Shown: piece by piece, positions 40,272 through 47,592 of the stretch
Numbering within the stretch: position 1 is the stretch's first letter
Layout of the letters: each line of letters begins with the position of its first letter
Source: Candidatus Omnitrophota bacterium
GTDB lineage: Bacteria; Omnitrophota; Gorgyraeia; B26-G9
DNA length: 64,000 nt
Assembly (NCBI GenBank): GCA_043814605.1
Contig: JBDRJV010000007.1
Span: forward strand, 195,354-259,353
Direction: 5' to 3'
Notes under the pieces: generated by a model
Told to the model about the DNA's origin: nothing
Databases searched by the model: none
What the model saw: only the letters and a program-made list of their open reading frames with translations
Position numbers and translations under genes: made by a program

Positions 40272-40282
40272 GGAGACAAAAA

Positions 40283-40662
40283 ATGAAAAAAATAATACTT
40301 GCAACGACACTATTCTTCTTAATGCTAGGTGTGGGATATGCTCAGGATAATAACATACAATTACAAAAAGTTACAGGAACATTCTATAAAGCCATAAAGG
40401 CAAATGTCCCATATTATATTGAACTTGACGGCTCCGTTGGGATAGGAAATATAAAAAAAGGCTTGGACTGAAGGGTGAAATTCTAAATAACATTGAAGAA
40501 GGTTCAAGGATATTAGTAAAAGGCATCGTAAAAACTTCTTGGCATAATGGGGGAAGTCAAGATAATCCTTCGCCTTTCCCTGCAGATTGGTTAATATATA
40601 TGGATGTAAAAGAAGTCATAATAACAGATAAAGATACACCTGTAGAAAAATTAGTATTTTAA
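40283..40662 (+). pseudogene. Gene cassette 2: exported hypothetical protein with a frameshift in an A7 tract
   Basis: AGGAG RBS and signal peptide (MKKIILATTLFFLMLGVGYA); stops at 40471 but the -1 frame continues from the A7 at 40453-40459 for 67 codons to TAA 40660-40662. Confidence 0.6.
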
Positions 40663-40673
40663 TCATTAATAAA

Positions 40674-40890
40674 CGGGCCGAGGCAAGAGCGGCCCCTACA
40701 ATTTCCAAAATTATAAGGTCATTTAAATTATATTAATCAAAATAATTTGAACATTTCCGGCAAAATTTGGCAACGATCATTTTACGATCACATTATTCGC
40801 AATGACAAATCATTACAAAAAATACATGAATATATTTTGAACAACCCTATTAATTGGGAACAGGATATTGATAATTTAATTAACCTATAA
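40674..40890 (+). pseudogene. REP-associated tyrosine transposase (RAYT/Y1) C-terminal remnant
   Basis: RAAPTISKIIRSFK followed, in another frame, by IWQRSFYDHIIRNDKSLQKIHEYILNNPINWEQD; the HUH-containing N-terminus is missing. Confidence 0.8.
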
Positions 40891-40948
40891 CAAATCGCCC
40901 ACGCCACAAAGCTGCGGGGGAAACTTCAATTCAGGCAATCGAAAAAAC

Positions 40949-41012
40949 AGCGATTAGCGGTTAGGGCTTAGGGTTGAGTTTTTAGTTTTTCCCGCTAACG
41001 CTATACGCTATG
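40949..41012. repeat. Inverted pair of 7-bp tandem repeats (hairpin)
   Basis: AGCGATT AGCGGTT AGGGCTT AGGGTTG ... CCCGCTAA CGCTATA CGCTATG. Confidence 0.6.
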
Positions 41013-41024
41013 CTTGCTTTTCGT

Positions 41025-41256
41025 CTCCCCTTTAAAAATTTTCACGTAATTTTATTTAATTTACTAGAGAGGGTGGAGACAGGATGTCGGAACGCCGTAA
41101 ACCAGGACGGTTTTTCGGCGGTGAAACCCGAACAAGTAAATTATTATAAAATAAGAGAAAATTTGCTAGGGGCTGTTTTCCTTTGCTTCGTTTCCTTTGT
41201 CAGCACAAAGGAAATGAAGGCGGGGGGACGCTTTTTCGGGGGCAGGCATCGCCCCA
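41025..41256. repeat. Structured intergenic element (MITE-like or ncRNA)
   Basis: Long imperfect inverted repeat (CCCCT...ATTTTAT.TAATTTACT / AGTAAATTA..ATAAAAT...AGGGG) enclosing two AGGA-loop hairpins, followed by a TTTCCTTTGT-CAGC-ACAAAGGAAA hairpin. Confidence 0.55.
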
Positions 41257-41263
41257 AGTTTTC

Positions 41264-42352
41264 TTATTTTTTTACGGATTCAATCAGACCTATTCCAATA
41301 AAAACAAAAATTATATTAGTCAGCCAGGCAGATAAGAGAGGGGAAAGTATGCCAATTTTACCTAAGGACAAGCTAATCGCATTCACTCCCCAGTAGCTAA
41401 AACTGATTGCCACACTCAAGCTAATTCCTAAAAACATACTTTGACTGCGATTACGGGTTAAAGTGAAAGGGACCGCAAAGAAAATAATAATGAAATTTGC
41501 CAAAGGAAATGCAATTTTATTGTATAAAATTACTAATTCTTTACTGGCTTTAAAACCACTATTTTTTAAGCGGTTAATATATTTTTTTAACTGCCAATAA
41601 CCCATTAATTCCGGTTGTAAATCTGCCCGCTCAATATCCCGGGGTTTTTCATTGATCAAGATCATTTTTTCTTTATAATGAGATGGTTTGCCGTTAATTT
41701 TACCATCCAGATATTCTGTAATTATACAATCATAAAAAATCCAGAAACCATCTAACCACTGAGCTTTTTTAGCTACGATTTGCCGGGATAATTCATTTTT
41801 CTGATTATTTTCAGATATTGTGATATTATTAATTTGCTGGCGTTTAATATCATAACTGCTGATAATGAAAATACGGTTATTTGATCCGTAAAGTGTAACA
41901 TTTTCAATAATTTTATTTTTATGTTTATCCTTTGTAGGTTTAAAATATTCTTCTTTTAGATTTATCGAATGTAAATACGAATCCGGCTTTATCAATTCAT
42001 TGACAGAAAAACTCACTGCACTCATAAAAATTCCAAATCCCAAAAATATCCAAACAATGCTCCAAAGGTTTATGCCGATAGCTTTTATCGCCATAATTTC
42101 ATTATTATGGTTTAACAGGCTTAAAGCAATAATCGTAGAAAGAATGATTATAATCGGTGAAATATTTACAAACAAAAACGGAGTGATTGAAAAATAGTAA
42201 TCGCAAAGTACAAATAAAGGAACTTTTGCCTTTACTATTTCATCCAGATGATCAAAGAGATCGATAATCCAGGATAATGAAATAAAAAGGATTAAACAGC
42301 CAATAAATGGTTTTAAAAATTCCGCTAAAATATATTCTTTAATTATTTTCAT
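41264..42352 (-). CDS. lptG: LPS export permease LptG
   Basis: YjgP/YjgQ pattern (NEIMAIKAIG, SLG..G.LSPLLSAW); paired with lptF. Confidence 0.88.
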   Translation of the reverse strand: MKIIKEYILAEFLKPFIGCLILFISLSWIIDLFDHLDEIVKAKVPLFVLCDYYFSITPFLFVNISPIIIILSTIIALSLLNHNNEIMAIKAIGINLWSIVWIFLGFGIFMSAVSFSVNELIKPDSYLHSINLKEEYFKPTKDKHKNKIIENVTLYGSNNRIFIISSYDIKRQQINNITISENNQKNELSRQIVAKKAQWLDGFWIFYDCIITEYLDGKINGKPSHYKEKMILINEKPRDIERADLQPELMGYWQLKKYINRLKNSGFKASKELVILYNKIAFPLANFIIIFFAVPFTLTRNRSQSMFLGISLSVAISFSYWGVNAISLSLGKIGILSPLLSAWLTNIIFVFIGIGLIESVKK

Positions 42353-42361
42353 AACATTTAA

Positions 42362-43456
42362 TTACTTTTCTAACATTTTTATGTTTAAAATTACGCCTAA
42401 AAATAAAAAAACGATATTTGCGAACCAAACACCAAAAAAGGCAGGTAGCTTATTACGTAGTGCTAAGCTCTCTCCGGTAGCCATTAATAAATAGTAACAT
42501 AGACATATTATCACACTTATGGCAAATCCCATAGAACGTTCTCGACGTTTTATTCTGATTGCTAAAGGAATTCCGATAAGAATAAATATCATACTACTAA
42601 AAGAAATTGCAAATTTTCGGTGTAGACCGACAAACAGCGGCGTTGCGTCAATATTTAAACTGCGCATTAGATTAATCTCACGCTGGAGTTCGTCAATTGT
42701 CATATCGGAAACCTTTTTTTTAAGCCGTGATGAAATTTGATCTTCAGCTAGCTTAAGCGAAAGCTGATATCTTTTAAAGTTAAGCTTATAAAACATTTCC
42801 GGATCTTCGAAGCTTGGCTCATCCGCTGTTCCATCATTCAATATTAATTTAATTGAATTTTTTTCAGGGATTGAAATAAACTGTCCTGTTCTTGCCATAA
42901 TCGATCTTGTCGGTTTATTTGTTTGCGGCTGATAAATGCGTACGTCCTCAAGATAATTTCCCCTGATTTTATAAATAAACATTATGTGGTCTTTAAAAGC
43001 TTTGATAAAAGTTTTTTCTTCTAAGTAAGTTGTGGGTTTTTTTATCCCGATTTCCTGTGTAATCACACGAATTTGGTAATGGGCATAAGGTATAATCGAA
43101 TCATTAAAATGCAGGCATAAGGCACTAAACAGGGTCCCAATCAATAAAATAGTACCTAAAAACGGGTACAAATTAATACCGCTGGATCGGATTGCGGTAA
43201 TTTCATTTTCATAAGACATACGCCCAAAAGTTAAAAGTGTCGCGGTAAGAATTGCAATCGGTATAGAAAAAATTAATAAACTGGGCATGAGAAATAAAAA
43301 TAATTGTGCAACGATTGTAAAATTAATACCTTTGGTGATTATTAATTCTACTAATTTTATTATATTTCCGATTACGAGAATAAAACTGATGATTACAGTT
43401 GAAAGAAAAAAAAGCGACAACCATTCACCCAAAATAAAATTTTTTAGAATTTTCAT
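42362..43456 (-). CDS. lptF: LPS export permease LptF
   Basis: FGRMSYENEITAIRSSG, LIGIPLA, YY.L...GE. Confidence 0.88.
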   Translation of the reverse strand: MKILKNFILGEWLSLFFLSTVIISFILVIGNIIKLVELIITKGINFTIVAQLFLFLMPSLLIFSIPIAILTATLLTFGRMSYENEITAIRSSGINLYPFLGTILLIGTLFSALCLHFNDSIIPYAHYQIRVITQEIGIKKPTTYLEEKTFIKAFKDHIMFIYKIRGNYLEDVRIYQPQTNKPTRSIMARTGQFISIPEKNSIKLILNDGTADEPSFEDPEMFYKLNFKRYQLSLKLAEDQISSRLKKKVSDMTIDELQREINLMRSLNIDATPLFVGLHRKFAISFSSMIFILIGIPLAIRIKRRERSMGFAISVIICLCYYLLMATGESLALRNKLPAFFGVWFANIVFLFLGVILNIKMLEK

Positions 43457-43467
43457 ATTTTTATTTA

Positions 43468-44202
43468 CTATTTTGCCAAAGTAAACGCAATTATTTTTCT
43501 TGCCCCAGCATTTTTAATGACTTTAGCGCATTCATTTAAGGTTATCCCAGTTGTGTAAATATCATCAACCAAAAGTACAGATTTGTGCTGAAACTCTTTA
43601 ATATCCTGGCAGCGAAAAGCGTTCTTTAAATTTTTAGCTCTTTGTTGTCTATTTAAATTATATTGTGATTTTGTTTTTTTATGTCTGATTAAATTTCCCG
43701 CAGAAAAAGGCATGTTAAAATTATTTGCGATTCTTTGGGCTAAAATATCTGATTGATTAAATCCGCGTATTTTTTGTTTTGATCGGTGCAAGGGAATTGC
43801 CGTAATTAAATCAATATCTGCCATTGAATAGTGCTGCTTAATATACCCGGCCATTTTTTCCGCGAGTAAGTTTCCTAGTTTAACATTCCGTTTATATTTG
43901 AACATTATTATGCAAGTTTTTATATCCCGGGTATAATCATAAACATTTACCAAACGATTAAAATTAAAAAGCAGTCCTTTACAAGCCGGACAAAAATGCG
44001 ATTCTATTTGTATCGTATCTAAGCTCTGGGCACATCTTTGGCAAAATGGGGCAGCCTTAATTTTTATTTTATCTAAGCAGCCTGGGTGTATGCCTAATTC
44101 AGGGTTAACGGTAATTTTAAAAGAACAAATAGCACAAAATTTAGGATAAATTAAGTCTAAAAATTTATTGATTCGATAATTAATAATTTTTAGAAAATTC
44201 AT
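43468..44202 (-). CDS. comF: ComF family amidophosphoribosyltransferase-like competence protein
   Basis: N-terminal CxxC zinc motifs, IPLH, RGFNQS, LLVDDIYTTG. Start taken at ATG 44202. Confidence 0.9.
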   Translation of the reverse strand: MNFLKIINYRINKFLDLIYPKFCAICSFKITVNPELGIHPGCLDKIKIKAAPFCQRCAQSLDTIQIESHFCPACKGLLFNFNRLVNVYDYTRDIKTCIIMFKYKRNVKLGNLLAEKMAGYIKQHYSMADIDLITAIPLHRSKQKIRGFNQSDILAQRIANNFNMPFSAGNLIRHKKTKSQYNLNRQQRAKNLKNAFRCQDIKEFQHKSVLLVDDIYTTGITLNECAKVIKNAGARKIIAFTLAK

Positions 44203-44279
44203 AACGAAATCAAGGCGGACAGAATGTATTTTATTTAACCGCAGCCCAATTTTCAAAACAAGAAAAATTTATTAATAAA

Positions 44280-44387
44280 ATGGAACCCCCACGGGCTAAA
44301 GCCCGTGGTTCCTGGGGTGGAATACTCAAGCGGCCTCCTTTTATCCGCGCCATAAATGGGCGCGGTTTTAGGCCGCGGATGTATAAA
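44280..44387 (-). mobile_element. Non-autonomous IS200/IS605-type miniature element (PATE-like)
   Basis: CCACGGGC-TAAA-GCCCGTGG and CCGCGCC-ATAAATG-GGCGCGG hairpins in about 110 bp of high GC; TTTAT at the left end on the minus strand; no ORF. Confidence 0.6.
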
Positions 44388-44413
44388 GTTTAGCTCAAGC
44401 ACAGTTCTCAACA

Positions 44414-45571
44414 CTAAAAACTGGGTTCAATGCAAAAAGTTTTGAATTTTCCTGAACGCTTAAGGCCACCGATCAAAAACATTAAATTAGTCATGTATTT
44501 CATCTTGCACCAAGTAAAGAAATGCTTGTGCGGTTTCATCAAAAAACAGACATCAAAGTAGCGGCGAACAAAATATAATGTAAGTAAACTAAAAATAGCA
44601 CAAAGAATATGGGCTAACCCATAGGCGGAAGAGAAGATAGCAAATATTGCACTGATTATTGCTGCCAGGGCAGTCAAATGCATTACTTGAAAATAGCCAA
44701 TATAGATAAATCCCTTAATTGGTGATTTTAGAGTGATCATGGGCATTTTAGGCCAAGCTCCAAATATTTGAAAAATAACATCAAAAGTGTTTGATGCATG
44801 TTTTGCTAAAAGAGGAGCATGCGCCATGCCGTATGATTTCCAGACTTTTTTAAGTGCCGGGAAGTCAGCCCGGTGCATATGGTCTACCTTAGCCTGCGGG
44901 GCAAAATATAATTTCCATCCTTTTTGTTGTATTTGTAAGCCAAATTCCATATCTTCCCCCGTAGGTTCACTCCAGAATTTTGCGTTTGCTTCATCAATAG
45001 CTTTTTTTCTGTAGGCCGCGTTAGCGGTAACAAAAAAATAAGCTCGATGACCAACGATTTGCGTGGGGGATTTGTCCGTTAAGGACGGAAAGTATCCTTC
45101 TTCAATAAAACCATATCTTGGGGCAACCATATTAAATCTAAAATGTTCACAGTATAATTCTGTAAGATTATTAGGGTCTACGCGTAAGGTATAAATTTCA
45201 CCTCCGACAATACCAATTGTTGAATCTTTTTCAAAAATTTTTAACATATCCGAAATCCATGTGTTACAAGGTGCACAGTCTCCATCTGTAAAAAATATGA
45301 AATCTCCTTTCACAACTTCTAAAGCTTTGTTCCGGGCAAAACCTGGCGAAGGACAATTAGGAACTTCTACTAGTTTAATAAACGCATGATGGCTTTGCCA
45401 TTCTTTAATCACCGCCAAAGTTTTATCTGTGCTGCCACCATCGGCAATAACTACTTCCATTTTATCTCTGGGATATTCAACATTTAAAATATATTCGAAA
45501 GTTTTAATTAATGTTCTTTCCGCATTTCTCACGGGTATAATAATCGAAACAAAATGATCTTTGTCCACCAA
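44414..45571 (-). CDS. Family 2 glycosyltransferase with C-terminal TM helices
   Basis: SIIIPVRN, DGGSTD, ARN, FTDGDC, GED. Confidence 0.9.
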   Translation of the reverse strand: MVDKDHFVSIIIPVRNAERTLIKTFEYILNVEYPRDKMEVVIADGGSTDKTLAVIKEWQSHHAFIKLVEVPNCPSPGFARNKALEVVKGDFIFFTDGDCAPCNTWISDMLKIFEKDSTIGIVGGEIYTLRVDPNNLTELYCEHFRFNMVAPRYGFIEEGYFPSLTDKSPTQIVGHRAYFFVTANAAYRKKAIDEANAKFWSEPTGEDMEFGLQIQQKGWKLYFAPQAKVDHMHRADFPALKKVWKSYGMAHAPLLAKHASNTFDVIFQIFGAWPKMPMITLKSPIKGFIYIGYFQVMHLTALAAIISAIFAIFSSAYGLAHILCAIFSLLTLYFVRRYFDVCFLMKPHKHFFTWCKMKYMTNLMFLIGGLKRSGKFKTFCIEPSF

Positions 45572-45815
45572 TACCTCCTCTCTTAATTTATTAAATAATT
45601 AATATATTATAAATTAAGAGTTAAAGGAGTGTCAAGCTTAAACTATGCCTAAAAGGCAAATAATTTTGGCCGGTAGTTTCAATATTTAAGCGTTTAACAG
45701 CTGCTGATTTTGTCTATAATTGAATGGGATAAAACACCAAAAATATGTCTTACCATTTATCTGGCTGTTGCTAATTCAATTAAATTTTAAAAACAACATA
45801 AATTTTAACTTAGAA

Positions 45816-45844
45816 TTGACTATTTTTTAATGTAGTAGTATAAT
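45816..45844 (+). promoter_or_regulatory. sigma70-type promoter
   Basis: TTGACT-17 nt-TATAAT. Confidence 0.7.
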
Positions 45845-45862
45845 TCATGCAGGAGTTCAAGG

Positions 45863-46537
45863 ATGAGAAAACCAGAAAATAAAATTTTTATAATTACGTT
45901 AGCTGTTTCTTTATTGGTTCACGCTGTTTTTTTTCTGCCGCCAGAGTTTTTAAATTTTAAAGTAAAACCGGAAATAAAGTATAAAACACTGCATTATCCT
46001 AAAACTACATTTTCACAGGCAGTTTACCCCTCAGGCACAAAAAGTAAGCCAAGATTTACACGCTTCCGTGGCGGTACCCAAAGTTATCAAAAACGTATTT
46101 TGAAAAACATTGGTGTGGGCAACCAAGATACCGATAACACTGCCGCAAGCCAAACAGATAAATTAAAAATAAATACAGCCCGATTTTCACAAAGCCCTAA
46201 ACGAAAAATTTCTGTAGCAAAATTCAAGCAGGATAATTTATCACAAGATGAAATATTTGTAAATTATTACCGGCAAGTGAATGAACAATTAAGGCAATCT
46301 GTGGTTTATCCGGATAATTTTTCCGAGGGGGAGATTGCGTTGACTTTTGTTCTCGCTTGTGATGGAAGTTTAAGGAGCGTAGAAGTAATCGATAGCACTT
46401 CTCCGGGTAATATCTCCCTGTGTGAGACGGCGATGCAAATTGTGGAAAAAGCTTCTCCTTTTCCTCCTTTTCCTGAAAACCTGCAACAAAGTCAGCTTAC
46501 CTTTAATGTCGTAATTTGTTTCCGTGAACACAGTTAA
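45863..46537 (+). CDS. TonB family protein
   Basis: SLLVH TM motif; C-terminal YP...EG.I.L.F...DG, ASPFPPFP. Confidence 0.8.
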   Translation: MRKPENKIFIITLAVSLLVHAVFFLPPEFLNFKVKPEIKYKTLHYPKTTFSQAVYPSGTKSKPRFTRFRGGTQSYQKRILKNIGVGNQDTDNTAASQTDKLKINTARFSQSPKRKISVAKFKQDNLSQDEIFVNYYRQVNEQLRQSVVYPDNFSEGEIALTFVLACDGSLRSVEVIDSTSPGNISLCETAMQIVEKASPFPPFPENLQQSQLTFNVVICFREHS

Positions 46538-46574
46538 TCCGTATTTCCGCGGCAAATTAAGGGAGAAAATTTAA

Positions 46575-47321
46575 ATGTACAAAAGAAGAATTTACCGGAA
46601 TAATACAAAAAATAATCCGAGCTTAGAAAAATTCGAACTTAAATATTTTGAAAGTGATTTATTGTTTTATACAGATACGAATCTAGAAAATATTGCCCGC
46701 CGTTGGTTGATGTTTTATCATGATCAAATTTTACAATATTGCTGCGAAAATCCTGAATTCAGAAAATCACTGGCTCCTTTAAAGCTAAAGGGAAAATTAC
46801 CTTTAATTATTCGGCGCATGCTTTTTGCCAGTAAACAAGCTCATGTGGGCCCCATGGCTTCAGTCGCAGGAGCGATTGCTGAATTTGTGGGTAAGAAATT
46901 GTTAGCTTACAGCAAAACTGTAATTATTGAAAATGGAGGAGATATTTTTATTAAAACAGAGAAAAAAAGAAAAGTTGGGTTGTTTGCGGGTATGAACAGT
47001 ATTTATAATAGATTATATTTGAATATTTCTCCCGCGGACACTCCTTGTGGAATATGTACTTCAAGTTCAAAAATAGGGCACTCTTTAAGCTTTGGCAAGA
47101 CTGAGGCTTGTGTGATTATTGCCAAATCAGCCATAATCGCAGATTGCTTTGCAACGTATATTGGTAATCTCATAAAATCAGAGTCAGATTTCTCTAAAGC
47201 TCTAAAAATTGTTAAGTCTCATAAAAGTATTTCCGGGGCGATTTTTATAACTAATTCCAAACTAACAGCTTATGGAAAATTAAAGCTTAACGTTCTTGAC
47301 AAACATAAATTAGATTGGTAA
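46575..47321 (+). CDS. UPF0280 / ApbE-like family protein
   Basis: VGPMASVAGAIAE, ENGGDI, GICTSS.KIGHSLSFG. Confidence 0.88.
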   Translation: MYKRRIYRNNTKNNPSLEKFELKYFESDLLFYTDTNLENIARRWLMFYHDQILQYCCENPEFRKSLAPLKLKGKLPLIIRRMLFASKQAHVGPMASVAGAIAEFVGKKLLAYSKTVIIENGGDIFIKTEKKRKVGLFAGMNSIYNRLYLNISPADTPCGICTSSSKIGHSLSFGKTEACVIIAKSAIIADCFATYIGNLIKSESDFSKALKIVKSHKSISGAIFITNSKLTAYGKLKLNVLDKHKLDW

Positions 47322-47324
47322 AAT
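47296..47324 (+). promoter_or_regulatory. sigma70-type promoter for rpsU
   Basis: TTGACA-17 nt-TAAAAT with extended -10 TG. Confidence 0.7.
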
Positions 47325-47408
47325 ATTAAAACTTAATTAACTTATGCGTTTCATTATGTCTAATTATTAATCAATATTTTGCGTGACGAGAGAAGGGGTG
47401 AATATAAA

Positions 47409-47582
47409 GTGGCTAAAGTTCGAGTTGGAAAAGGTGAACCATTAGAAAAAGCACTGAGAATTTTTAAGAAAAAATTGGACCGTGAAGGTACTCTCAAAGA
47501 AATGAGAGCTAAAAAACATTACGAAAAGCCCAGTGAACGGAAAAAGAGAAAGGCTAAAAACGCGAGAATGTCGCATCGCTAA
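47409..47582 (+). CDS. rpsU: 30S ribosomal protein S21
   Basis: EPLEKALRIFKK, HYEKPSERKKRK; GTG 47409 after GGGGTG RBS. Confidence 0.95.
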   Translation: MAKVRVGKGEPLEKALRIFKKKLDREGTLKEMRAKKHYEKPSERKKRKAKNARMSHR

Positions 47583-47592
47583 AATAATAGAT

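Noticed and set aside
40181-40282. N-terminal extension of ORF 40181..40471
   Set aside because: It reads through the attC site; the RBS and signal peptide point to ATG 40283.
39500-41260. CRISPR array
   Set aside because: No constant 23-47 bp repeats with unique spacers; only heptamer tracts and palindromes, and no cas genes.
41010-41396. 128-aa plus-strand ORF
   Set aside because: It spans a palindromic non-coding element and overlaps lptG antisense; no protein features.
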